64,000 bases of DNA from an uncultured delta proteobacterium (lineage in GTDB: Bacteria; Myxococcota_A; Polyangia; Polyangiales; Polyangiaceae), in NCBI GenBank assembly GCA_963841435.1, contig CAWJCS010000006.1, positions 1,728,001 to 1,792,000 on the forward strand, in the 5' to 3' direction. A model generated the notes under the pieces. The model saw only the letters and a program-made list of their open reading frames with translations. It ran no database searches and had not been told where the DNA came from. The position numbers and the translations under genes are program-made. How positions within the stretch are numbered: position 1 is the first letter of the stretch; every line of letters starts with the position of its first letter. Of this stretch, positions 39,770 to 50,373 are shown piece after piece.

Positions 39770-41086
39770 ATGAGCGAAAAAACCGAGCTCTTGGTCCTCC
39801 GCGATGCGCGCGTCGTGGACCCGAGCAGCGGCCTCGACGCCACGTCCGACGTGGTGGTCGAGCGCGGCCAGATCACCCGTGTCGGCAAAGGCGCCGGCGA
39901 CGCCGCGGCCCGCGCCGAACGAGCCCGGGTGATCGACGCGCGCGGCATGTGGGTGCTCCCGGCCTTCGTCGACCTGCACGCACACCTGCGCGAGCCCGGG
40001 CAAGAGTACAAGGAAGACGTGGCGAGCGGCCTGTCGGCGGCCGCGGCGGGTGGCTACGCACACGTGTGCGCGATGCCGAACACGCAGCCGGTCAACGACA
40101 CTCGCGCCGTCACCGAGATGCTGCTCCACCGCGCCCGCGAGCACGGCGGCCCTTCGCTCCACCCCGTCGGCGCCATCACCAAGGGGCAGGCCGGCAAGGA
40201 GCTCACGGAGATGGCGGAGCTGCGCGAGGCGGGGGCCGTCGCCGTTAGCGACGACGGTGTGTGCGTGATGTCGAGCGCCGTGATGCGGCGCGCGCTCGAG
40301 TACGCCAAGAACTTCGACATGCCGCTGATTCAGCACGCCGAGGACCACGACCTCACGGCGGGCGCGGACATTCACGAGGGCGCAATCTCGGCGCGGCTCG
40401 GCCTGCGCGGCTGGCCTCGCGTCGCCGAGGACATCATCGTCGCCAGGGACATCCTGCTCGCCGAGTACGTCGGGGCTCGCTACCACGTCGCGCACGTCTC
40501 GACGCTCGGCGCGGCTCGCCTCGTGCGCGAAGCCAAGGCGCGCGGCATCCAGGTGACGTGCGAGGTCACGCCGCACCACCTGCTGCTCACCGATGCCGCG
40601 CTGGTGGGCTACGACACGGCGTGCAAGGTGAATCCCCCCCTGCGCGAGGAGGCCGACGTGGCCGCGCTGCGCGAAGCGCTCGCCGACGGTACCATCGACG
40701 CCATCGCTACCGACCACGCGCCCCACTCCCCGCTCGAAAAAGACTGCCAGCTCGGTGAGGCGCGCCCCGGCATGATGGGCCTCGAGCTCTGCTTCGGTCT
40801 GCTTTCGGGCCTGGTCGGCGGCTCGGGGCTGACGCTTTCGCGGCTCGTCGATGCGCTCTCCACGCGGCCTGCTCGCATCGTCGGCATCCAGCCGCCGACG
40901 CTCCGCGAGGGCGCGTTGGCCGAACTCGTGCTCGTCGATCCGGAGGCTCGCTGGAAGCCCGAGGACGTGACGCTCCGTTCGAAGAGCCGAAACACGCCCT
41001 TCATGTCGCGAGAGCTCCGCGGCAGGGTCCTCTTGACGCTGGCGCGCGGCACCATCATCCACGACGCTCCCGGAGAAGAACCGTGA
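39770..41086 (+). CDS. pyrC: Dihydroorotase
   Basis: DLHAHLREPG, MPNT.P, HAED, HVST, EVTPHH, KVNPPLR and ATDHAPH. Confidence 0.93.
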   Translation: MSEKTELLVLRDARVVDPSSGLDATSDVVVERGQITRVGKGAGDAAARAERARVIDARGMWVLPAFVDLHAHLREPGQEYKEDVASGLSAAAAGGYAHVCAMPNTQPVNDTRAVTEMLLHRAREHGGPSLHPVGAITKGQAGKELTEMAELREAGAVAVSDDGVCVMSSAVMRRALEYAKNFDMPLIQHAEDHDLTAGADIHEGAISARLGLRGWPRVAEDIIVARDILLAEYVGARYHVAHVSTLGAARLVREAKARGIQVTCEVTPHHLLLTDAALVGYDTACKVNPPLREEADVAALREALADGTIDAIATDHAPHSPLEKDCQLGEARPGMMGLELCFGLLSGLVGGSGLTLSRLVDALSTRPARIVGIQPPTLREGALAELVLVDPEARWKPEDVTLRSKSRNTPFMSRELRGRVLLTLARGTIIHDAPGEEP

Positions 41087-42213
41087 CAGGACGCGCCGCA
41101 CATCTCGCTCTCGCCGACGGAACCCTGTTTCCCGGCCGGGCCTTCGGGGCCGACGCCACCGCCGTCGGCGAGGTCGTGTTCACGACCGGCATGACCGGCT
41201 ACCAGGAGGTGCTGACCGACCCCTCCTACACCGGACAAATCGTCACCATGACGGCGCCCGAGATCGGCAACACGGGCATCAACTCCGAAGATCCGGAGAG
41301 CGTCGACGGCCACCCGCAGGTCGCAGGCTTCGTGATCCGCGACCAGAGCCCGATCGTCTCGAGCTACCGCTCCGAGCAGTCGCTCGAGGATTACCTCAAG
41401 CGCTACGGCATCGCCGCCATCGCCGAGGTGGACACGCGACGCCTCACGCGCGTCTTGCGCGACCGAGGCGCCCAGAACGGCGCCATTGGCACCGAGCCCC
41501 CCGACGTGCTCGTGGAGCGGGCACGCTCCGCGCCGAGCATGGAGGGCCTCGATCTCGTCGCGCGCGTCACGCCCCGCGCCCCGTACGACTTCGCGGAAGG
41601 GCGCGGTATCTGGAACGCGCCATTCGGCCCGGGCTCGGCGCCGCCCACGCGATCGCTCTCCGTCGTGGCCCTCGATTTCGGCGCCAAGAAGAACATCCTG
41701 CGCTGCCTCGTCGACAGCGGCTGCCGCGTGACGGCCGTGCCCGCCACGACCACGGCGGCGGAGATCCTGGCCAGGAATCCCGACGGCATCTTCCTCTCGA
41801 ACGGCCCGGGCGACCCGGCGGCCGTCACCTACGCCGTCGGCACCATCCGCGACCTGCTCGGCAAAAAGCCGATCTTCGGCATCTGCCTGGGGCACCAGCT
41901 GCTCGCGCTGGCTCTCGGCGCGAAGACCTACAAGCTCAAGTTCGGGCACCGCGGCCTCAACCAGCCCGTCAAGGACTTGACGACCGGGCGCGTCGAGATC
42001 ACGACGCAGAACCACGGCTTCGTCGTCGACGTAGATTCGATCAAGGGCGTCGCGCGCACGAGCCACCTGCACCTCAACGACGGCACGAGCGAAGGCCTCG
42101 AGGCCCCCGACGCCAACGCTTTCAGCGTGCAGTACCATCCCGAGGCCGCTGCCGGCCCCCACGACGCGCTCTACCTCTTCGAGCGCTTCGTGCGCGCGAT
42201 GGAACGCGGCTGA
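41083..42213 (+). CDS. carA: Carbamoyl-phosphate synthase small subunit
   Basis: GEVVFTTGMTGYQE..TDPSY, LSNGPGDP, GICLGHQ, QNHGF and VQYHPE. Confidence 0.97.
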   Translation: MTGRAAHLALADGTLFPGRAFGADATAVGEVVFTTGMTGYQEVLTDPSYTGQIVTMTAPEIGNTGINSEDPESVDGHPQVAGFVIRDQSPIVSSYRSEQSLEDYLKRYGIAAIAEVDTRRLTRVLRDRGAQNGAIGTEPPDVLVERARSAPSMEGLDLVARVTPRAPYDFAEGRGIWNAPFGPGSAPPTRSLSVVALDFGAKKNILRCLVDSGCRVTAVPATTTAAEILARNPDGIFLSNGPGDPAAVTYAVGTIRDLLGKKPIFGICLGHQLLALALGAKTYKLKFGHRGLNQPVKDLTTGRVEITTQNHGFVVDVDSIKGVARTSHLHLNDGTSEGLEAPDANAFSVQYHPEAAAGPHDALYLFERFVRAMERG

Positions 42214-42221
42214 CCGGGGCC

Positions 42222-43661
42222 ATGGCCCGCGCACGCCGCATCCACTTCGTCAGCCTCGGCTGCCCGAAGAACCGCGTCGACACCGAGGTGATGCTCGGCA
42301 TCGCCGAGCGCAACGGCTACCGCCACGTCGCCGACCCCGCCGAGGCGAGCGTGATCGTCGTCAACACCTGCGGCTTCATCGACGCGGCCAAAGAGGAGTC
42401 GATCGAAACCATCCTCGAGCTCTCGCGGCACAAGCGCGACGGCTGCTGCGAAAAGCTCGTCGTCGCGGGCTGCCTGAGCCAGCGTCACCCCGAGGAGCTC
42501 GCCCGCGAGCTACCCGAGGTCGACCACCTGCTCGGCTCGAGCGACATGCTCAAGCTCGAGCGCGTGCTCGCCGGCGACGCCGAGCGCGTGCTCGTCGGGC
42601 ACCCCGCCGACTGGCTCGTCACGGCGAGTGATCCGCGGCGCGTCTCGACGCGCGGCCGCAGCGCCTACGTCAAGCTCGCCGAGGGCTGTAACCGCAGCTG
42701 CTCTTTCTGCGTGATCCCCGAGCTTCGCGGCAAGCAGCGCTCGCGCTCCGCGGACGACCTCGTGCGCGAGGTCGAAGCGCTCGCGGCGGCCGGCGTCATC
42801 GAGGTGAACCTCGTGTCACAGGACACGGTCGCCTAGGGGCGCGATCTCGGCAGCGGACCAACGCTCGCCGCCCTCGTCGAGCGCATCGCCGACGTCCCCG
42901 GCGTTCACTGGGTCAGGCTCTTTTACCTCTACCCCGAGCGGCTCGGCGACGACCTCATCACCCTGATTGCAGAGCATCCACGCGTCGTCCCCTACGTCGA
43001 CATGCCCCTTCAGCACGCGGCCGACGCGATGCTACGACGTATGCGCCGCGGGCATGGGGGCAAGCGCCTCTACGAGCTCGTCGACCGGCTGCGCAAGCGC
43101 ATCGACGGGCTGACCTTCCGCACGGCGTTCATCGTGGGCCATCCCGGCGAGAGCGACGCCGAGTTCGAGGAGCTGCTCGCGTTCGTGCGCTATGCGCGGT
43201 TCGATCGCGTCGGCGTCTTTCGCTACTCGGACGAATCGAGCTCGCGGTCGTTCACGCTCGACGACAAGGTCGCGCGCGGCGTCGCGAGCCGGCGCGCGCG
43301 CCGACTCATGGCCGTGCAGCGCCCCATCAGTCGAAAGCACCAGCGTGCGCTCGTGGGGCGAGAGCTCGAGGTGCTCGTCGAGGGCGCGAGCGAGGAGAGC
43401 GATCTCGTCATGACGGGCCGGCACGCGGGGCAAGCCCCGGACATCGACGGTAACGTCGTGCTTTCGGGCGGGCCGGCACTGCCGGGGCAGCTTCTGCGCG
43501 CTCGGGTGACGCACGCGACGGACTACGATCTCATGGCGGAGCCGATCGCCGAGGTGGAGCTACCGCGCCGGCCGCGCCCCGCCGCCGACGCCGGGCTCGT
43601 GCATCGAGCGAGCGACGGCCGGAAGGTCCTCAGAACGATCGGTGCGGCACCGCGGAGCTGA
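42222..43661 (+). CDS. rimO: Ribosomal protein S12 methylthiotransferase, with an in-frame TAG at 42834-42836
   Basis: SLGCPKN.VD.E, NTCGFI, EGCNRSCSFC, QDTVA*G, WVRLFYLYP, DMPLQH and TRAM-end QAPDIDG; both halves share one frame. Confidence 0.9.
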
Positions 43662-43673
43662 GAGAACCGCGGC

Positions 43674-44051
43674 TCAGGGCGCCGCGCCACCCGCGCCGCC
43701 GTCGCCGCCTGCGGGCGCCAGGTCGTCGGGCAGGACGAAGACCGTCGTGGGGCTGAGCTCCGTACCCAGCTGGTACCAGAGCTGCATCAGATCGCCGGCC
43801 TTCGCCTCCCGGAGCTCGAAGTCGTAGCGGCCCGTGCCGCCCGTCTGCTGGCCGTCGATGAGCAGGCTGCGCTCGTTCAGCGCAAAGATCTGTGCGTCCG
43901 GCTCCGTACCCCCGCGCAGCCGGAAGGCACCCGTATCGGTGAGCATGATCTCGGGCTTCTGCGGGGGCGGTAGCGGCAGCGTCGGCGCGTAGCAGCCCAG
44001 CATCACCAGGCTGGCGAAAAGCAGCGCGCGGCGGGGCAGACCGAGAGCCAT
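43674..44051 (-). CDS. Small lipoprotein, probably beta-sandwich
   Basis: LVMLGC lipobox, PTLPLPPP and a beta-rich body. Confidence 0.7.
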   Translation of the reverse strand: MALGLPRRALLFASLVMLGCYAPTLPLPPPQKPEIMLTDTGAFRLRGGTEPDAQIFALNERSLLIDGQQTGGTGRYDFELREAKAGDLMQLWYQLGTELSPTTVFVLPDDLAPAGGDGGAGGAAP

Positions 44052-44223
44052 CGGGCAAAGGTTAGCACGCAGCGTGCCCTGCCCATCCGAGCTGGATCTA
44101 CCTGTATTTTCGCCATTCTAGCGCCCAAGTAGCCAATCTAGTTGCCACCCAGGGGGAAACCAAGTTGTCGATCGCCGAAAAATGGCCCCATTACTGGCTG
44201 GGTGGTAGGCCGGGAATGCACCC

Positions 44224-46816
44224 ATGGCCGAGGGCGACGGAGCGAGTGCGCCGCGCGCCGCGCTCGCGCGGCTCCTGAGCGTCGCTCGGCCTCTGCCGCT
44301 GCTCGTCGCCTTGGCAGGCTTCATCCAGTCGTACGACAGCGCCCCCGAGGGCGCCCGGCGCGAGCCTGAGGCCACGCGGGCGCTCGCGCTCGCGCTCGCG
44401 GCCCGCGGCCTGATCGCCGATCCGCGCGACGTCCACTTCCTGCCCGCCGACGAGGGTCAGGGCGGCCTGCCGCGTGGCGAGCGCGCCGTCGTGCTCGCCC
44501 GACGCACAGGAGAGCTCGCCGACGTGTACCTCGTTGGCTCGCGGATCGCGCCAGGAGGCAGCCTGCTCGAGCTAACGCGCCTCGACAACCTGAGCGAGAC
44601 CTCCGCCGCCGACGAGCACGGTCTCGTCGTTCGCGACCGTCGCGCCGCCTGGGCGATCGCGCAGGATCACATCACGTCGATGGTGGAGCTCGTCAACCTC
44701 GCGGGCGAGCCCGAGCCCGAGGGCCCCGAGTGGACTTTGCCCAAGCGCTTGCAGAGCGCGCTGACCAATCTCCAGGAAACAGGGAAGCTCGCGGGCATCG
44801 GTCGTCGATTCTTCAAGCTCGAGCCGCCCGCAGAGCGCGTCGTGATCGGGCTCACGGAAAAGGCGCTCCTCATCGATCGCGACGCCCACCGTGCGCACGT
44901 CGCGTTCGACGCCGAAGGCGCGACGCACGACGACGGCACGCGTTTCGTCGTCGAGCAGACGCCGCGCAAGGCGCGACCCGGCAATCTCGTCACCTGGGCC
45001 GTCAACCGCGTGCGCGGTATCCCGTGGTTCGGCGACCGCAACATGGAGATCGTCAAGGCCGTCGCTTTCGAAGCAGGCGATCAGCTCGATCAGATCGTGA
45101 GCAGCGTTGCCGGCGACGACGGCTCCGATGCCGTGGCCGAAGAGCTCGGCGAGCTTTACGCCGCGCCGACCGACGACGCGACGGATCCGGAAACGGGCTG
45201 GCCACCACCGCCGATGGTGCCGCTCATCAAGCCGGCGCTGAAGGGAGAAGGCAAATGGAGTGCGCTCGACCGCGACCCCTTCGTCGGCAAGAACCCCGGC
45301 GCCCCGTGCCCCTTCGCGTTCTCGTTCATCCGCACCGACCGAAAGCGCATCTACTCGCAGATCTTCGTGACGCTCTGGGACCCGCGCCAGGTCGAGCTTC
45401 ACCCAATGAGCGGCACGGTCGAGCCCAAGAGCGCCACGGGGGAGACGGGGCCCGGCGAGATCCCGAGGCGCCCCGAAGTCATGGGGCGCGTCGTCGGCGC
45501 GCTGAACGGCGGCTTCCAGGCGATGCACGGCGCGTTCGGCATGATGGCCGATCGCGTCGTCTACCTTCCGCCGCGTCCGTTCGCTGCGACGGTGGCGCTG
45601 CTCGACGACGGCTCGACGGGCTTCGGGACGTGGCCCGAGCAGGCTCCGATACCGCGTTCGATGATCTCTTTTCGTCAGAACATGACCCCCCTCGTCGTCG
45701 AACGAGGTACAAAACCCATACAAACGTCACTGGTGGGGCGGCGTGCCGCCGGGGTGGACCGAAGAGGCACGCACCGTAAGAAGCGGCATCTGTCTGACGC
45801 GCGAAGGCTTCATCGCCTACTTCTACGGCGCGAGCGTGGACCCCGAGGTGCTGGGGCTCGCCATGGTTCGCGCCCGCTGCAGCTACGGCGTCCATCTCGA
45901 CATGAACGCCGGGCACACAGGACTGGAATTTTATCGTGCGGCGCCCACGGGCAAGCTTCCCGTCGTCGAGCGCCCATTGAAGGATCTCTGGGAGGCGCGC
46001 GGCCCGATCCCCGGCATGCCCGGCTGGGAGTTTCTGGGGCGTCGCATGATCCGCCTCATGGCGCTGATGAATTTTCCCCGATACATCGGGACCGAGCAGC
46101 GCGACTTCTTCTACTTGTTGCTGCGTCCCGTGCTTCCCGGAAAGGCGCTCACGAGCGCCGTCGTGCCGAGCGAGCCGGGCGAAGGAGCGTGGCGCACGCA
46201 GGGGATAGAGCAGCACGGCTGGCCTCCTGCCATCGCCACCACCCACCTGCGGCCGGATCCGACGCGACCTGGGACGGTCGTTGGGCTCCTGAAGCTCGAT
46301 CCGCGCCGACTTCGGTCACCCCACCCGGGTGAAACCGGCACGGAGCGCGTGGTGGAGTTTCGGACCCCGGCCTCTGCGCCGGACATGCAAACGGCCCTCT
46401 GGCACGACGCGCAACACGGCTTCTCGATTCAGAAGGACGCGCCGAGTCTTGACGCAGCGCGTATCAGCCCGGGCTACCTCGCGAGCGAACGCCCGTCCAT
46501 CGCGGCCATGGCCGCGGTGGGCATCGATGCCGACGGCATGCTCGTCTACGCGCGCGTGACCGAGGGCGACGCGAAAGGTAGCGATGGACCGCTGCTCCGG
46601 AGTCTGCTCGACTCGATGCGTTGCGAATCCATGCTGTTCTTTCCGCAATCACTCGGCGCCGAGCTCGCCGCACCCGGCGCCGACGCACCGGTGCGCGCTC
46701 CGGGCGCGGGCATCGTGCTCGTGAGGGCCGCAGGTCCTTCGGCACGGCGGATCTTCACGGAGACTCCGATCGTGGGACCGAAGCACTGGGCCCCCTTGCA
46801 GACACGCCGTCAATAA
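44224..46816 (+). CDS. Large exported protein with a phosphodiester glycosidase (NAGPA)-like domain, with a +1 indel near 45701
   Basis: ALNGGF, FRQN..PLV, WWG, RSGICLT..G and HLDMN; removing one A joins the two ORFs. Confidence 0.6.
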
Positions 46817-46915
46817 GCGGCGCCCTTTCGCGAGATCGAACCTGATTATCCCGGGCATTATCACTCGCCAATCCGCCCGAGCCGCGGTATGACACCTGGA
46901 ACCCCCATTAATGCG

Positions 46916-48836
46916 ATGAGCGACAAGGGATCGGATCTGGACGTCTTCGATGGGCTCGCGGCGAAGAAGTCGTCGCGCGGTGCGTCCGCACCACCACCTC
47001 CACCGTCGTCCGCAGCGATCCCGAAGAAGACGTTGCTCGGTCTCGCAGCGCCGCCCGGAATGGTCCCGCCGCCGCTGCCGCCGAGCAGGGGCTCGGGCCC
47101 GCCGCCGCCGCCACCCTTGCCGTCGCGCCACTCGGCGCCACCGCCGCCACCGTTCAAGAGCGCGGGCGGCGCCCCCCCGCCTCCGCCGTTGCCTGGGTCC
47201 GCCATCTCGTCGGCGCCACCACCGCCCCCCTTGCCGTCGCGAGGCGGATCACCGCCGCCGCTGCCCGGAATTGGCCTCGGCCTCGACGAAACGTCAACGC
47301 CGCCACCGCCGATGAAGCTGGTGTCCAAGGCGCCGCCGCCACCGCCGTCGCCAAGCGATCGCCCCAAGGGCGGTGCCGTCGACATCGACTGGGACGACGA
47401 CGACGAGGCGACCACGGTCTTCGACAAGTCGCAGGACGATCCGGCGCGTGCGCTGCTCCACAGTGCGCCACCACCCGCGGCCGGCGCCCCGGCGCCGCGT
47501 CCCGCCGCGGGAGCACCCGTGGGGTCGCGCATGCCGCCGCCGCCGCCCGTGCCTTCGAAGCCGCCGCCACCGCCCCCGGCTCCCACGAACTCGCGCTCGC
47601 TCGCGCCACCGCCTTCGATGTCGCGCGGCCCGCTGCCGCCGCCGCCCAGCTCGATGCCGGTACCGATGATGCCGGCGCCCATGACGAGCGATCCGTTTGC
47701 GACGCAGCACATCGGCGGCAATCGCAACCTGATGATGGTGCTGCTCGTCGTGGTGCTCGTCGGCATCGGTGCAGCCGGCTTCTTCCTTTTGAAGGGCAAG
47801 CCCGGCTCCCTCGTCATCACCGTCGCCGGTCCCGGGAACAAACCCGTCGACGGCGTGGAAATTTACGTTGAACAACGCCCGTGCGGCCTGTCCCGGCTCA
47901 CCGTGCCGCGTGTCCGAGCTGAAGCCGGGCACGCACCTCGTGCGCGTCGCCGCCGCGGGCTACCCGCCCACGGCCGACATCGGCGTCAAGATCCCTGCCG
48001 GCGAGGAGACCGTCCAGAACGTCGAGCTCGCGCCTCCGAGTCAGGGCACCGGCATCAAGGTGAGCGCGGAGGGCCGCGGGCTCAAGCTCTTCGTCGACGA
48101 CAAGGAGGTCGGTCCACTCCCTCAAGAGGACCACAACATGCGGCCCGGCGAGCACAAGATCCGCATCGAGGGCGGCGATCGCTACGAGCCGTTCGAGAAG
48201 ACCGTCAGCATCGAGCCCGAACAGATCGTCACGCTCGAGCCCAAGATGAAGGTGAAGAAGGGTCTCGCGACGATCAAGCTCGGCAACAACGCCGACGGGG
48301 CGCGTGTCACGCTCGTCGAAGGTGATCAGCGTCGGCCCATCCCGCGCTTCCCAATCGCGGTCGAGCTCGAAGCCGAGAAGTCCTATTCGATCGTCGCGGA
48401 CAAGAAGGGCTTCGCCCACTTCGAAAAGCGCATCGATTTCGAGGACGGTCAGGCCGAAAAGACCTTCGTCATCGATCTGTTGCCCGGGGCGTCGGAGGCT
48501 CCGGTGGTCTCGGGGGGCAGCTCGAGCGGCAGCTCGCGGGGCTCGTCGTCGTCCTCGACCGCCTCGAGCACCCGGACGTCATCTTCGTCCTCGTCCTCGT
48601 CATCGTCGTCGGGCTCATCCGCCACCAAGGGCGCCAACGCGACGCTCACCTTCACCTCGAAGCCCGACTCCATGGTCATCTTCGACGGCCGCCCGCTCGG
48701 CAAGACTCCGAAGTCGAGCACGACGCCGCCCGGCCAACACACCGTCGTGTTCGTCCACCCCGAGTTCGGCCGCAAGGCAAAGACCATCACCGTGAACCCC
48801 GGTCAGCGGGCCACGTTGACGGTCAAGTTCCCCTGA
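46916..48836 (+). CDS. Membrane-anchored PEGA-domain protein with a Pro-rich cytoplasmic N-terminus, with a +1 indel near 47871
   Basis: Poly-Pro region, one TM helix, PEGA-like repeats (LFVDDKEVGPLP..PGEH; FDGRPLGKTP..PGQH.V..HPEFG). Confidence 0.8.
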
Positions 48837-48845
48837 GGCGGGCGC

Positions 48846-49778
48846 TCACTCGTCGGCGGGCTGCTCGTCCTCGACCCGCGCGCGCCAGGCACGCCAGCTC
48901 GTAGCGCAGCGCGCTTCATCGCGGCCGAGTCCCGCGCACGCGCTCGGGGCGCTCGGCGGCCCGAGCAGCAGCTCGGCGGTCAGGGACACGAACGGCAGGT
49001 CCTTCTTCCATGCGCCGCGCAGCCGCTCGGCGCGGTCCTGCAGGCGTGCGCGGGCGCGCTCGCCGAGCTCGCGCTCGAGGTAGCCGAGCGCAATTTCCCG
49101 GATCGAGTCGTCGTCCGACACCGCGAGCACGCGCTCGAGGAACTGAATGGTCGCTTCGCGCTGTCCGGCGCGCGTGAGCAGCCCTGCCGCGGTGATGCAA
49201 TGGTACGGGATGTTCTCGTTCGACCCCACGAGCTCGCACGCACGCGCGAGCACGCGGGCACCGGCAAGGCGCCACTCGGCTCGTTCCTTTTCGTCCTCGA
49301 GCCAGGGCGCCGCCACGTAAGCCATGAACTGCCCGGCGCTGAGCCAGAGCTCGGTATCGCCGGGTCGCATCTCGAGCCCGCGCTCGAGCAGCCGGCGCGC
49401 GCGCACGTAGTCTTGGTGGCGCGGCTTCACGGGCTGCATCGCGATCAACGTGTCGCCGAAGTAGTACGTCTCGCGGAAGGTCGGATCGAGAGCGCTCACG
49501 GTGTCGAGGTAATCGGCCGCGAACTCGAAGCGACGCTTCTCTTCGAAGTGGATGCCGTGCCAAACGAGCACGTGGGCGAAGATCAGATCCGCGAGCGCGG
49601 ATCGGTAGCCGAGGCTCGCCACGACCACCTGCTCCGGACTCGGCAGGGCGTAGCTGTCACTCCGCTCCTTCAGCCGCGAAAAGCGCTCGAAGAGCCGCGG
49701 GCGCGTCGAGTGGATCCCGGCGAGCGACAGCGCCAAGAGTAGGACACCGACGAGCTTGCCCCCGAGGGCCGCCTTCAT
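48846..49778 (-). CDS. PilG/XapA-like pilus-associated TPR membrane protein
   Basis: N-terminal TM, LGYRSALADL, LD.V..LDPTF..Y.FG, LLERG...P and A.QFL; lies in the pilin cluster. Confidence 0.65.
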   Translation of the reverse strand: MKAALGGKLVGVLLLALSLAGIHSTRPRLFERFSRLKERSDSYALPSPEQVVVASLGYRSALADLIFAHVLVWHGIHFEEKRRFEFAADYLDTVSALDPTFRETYYFGDTLIAMQPVKPRHQDYVRARRLLERGLEMRPGDTELWLSAGQFMAYVAAPWLEDEKERAEWRLAGARVLARACELVGSNENIPYHCITAAGLLTRAGQREATIQFLERVLAVSDDDSIREIALGYLERELGERARARLQDRAERLRGAWKKDLPFVSLTAELLLGPPSAPSACAGLGRDEARCATSWRAWRARVEDEQPADE

Positions 49779-50266
49779 TCCACCTCGCGGTACATGGCGA
49801 GCGGCATGGTCGCGGGCGTGCCGTTCGGCGAGACGTCACCCGTGATGCTGAAGGTGCTCGTGTTGCCGTCACCGTCGAGATCGCCGTGCGCGACGACCTC
49901 GAAATGGGCACCCGCTGCCCCATTGGTGCTCTCGAACGCGAAGCTGTACGCGTGCGGCTCGTCGAGGTGAAAGTCGAGCAGGCGCCAGGTCGGGTGGTCC
50001 CAGGTGCCCGGCGGATCGACGACGAGCTCACCGCGCGGCACGGCCGCCGGCGTGAGAGGCGCGGACGGGGGATACGCCGACTCGGGCGGCCGCCCGGCGG
50101 CGAGCAACGTGGCGCGGGCCGCCACGAACGCAAGACCGTCGAGCGGCTCGGCGAAGCGCGACGCGCGCAGATTCCTGAGGAACGCGGGCAGCACGCTCAA
50201 CGCGACCGAGAGCAGCACGGAGATCGCCGCCACCGATTGCACGAGGGGACGCTCGCCGAGCCGCAT
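49775..50266 (-). CDS. Pilin paralog with a non-canonical prepilin site
   Basis: Globular part matches the other pilins (VPRG..W...W..L.F....Y.F...GDLDGDG); N-terminus reads GERPLVQ instead of G|FTLxE. Confidence 0.7.
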   Translation of the reverse strand: MRLGERPLVQSVAAISVLLSVALSVLPAFLRNLRASRFAEPLDGLAFVAARATLLAAGRPPESAYPPSAPLTPAAVPRGELVVDPPGTWDHPTWRLLDFHLDEPHAYSFAFESTNGAAGAHFEVVAHGDLDGDGNTSTFSITGDVSPNGTPATMPLAMYREVE

Positions 50267-50373
50267 GGGGGGAGAGCATAATGGACGTTCGTGGCCTCCC
50301 CCAGTCACCGCTCGGGTCCCCGGAGCGCCGCGTTCGATCCGCGCGGTTTCGGGCGCGTCTTTGGGGTGGCCCG

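Noticed and set aside
39770-42213. pyrC-carA without pyrB or carB as a novel pathway
   Set aside because: Split pyrimidine operons are common; the missing genes are probably elsewhere in the genome
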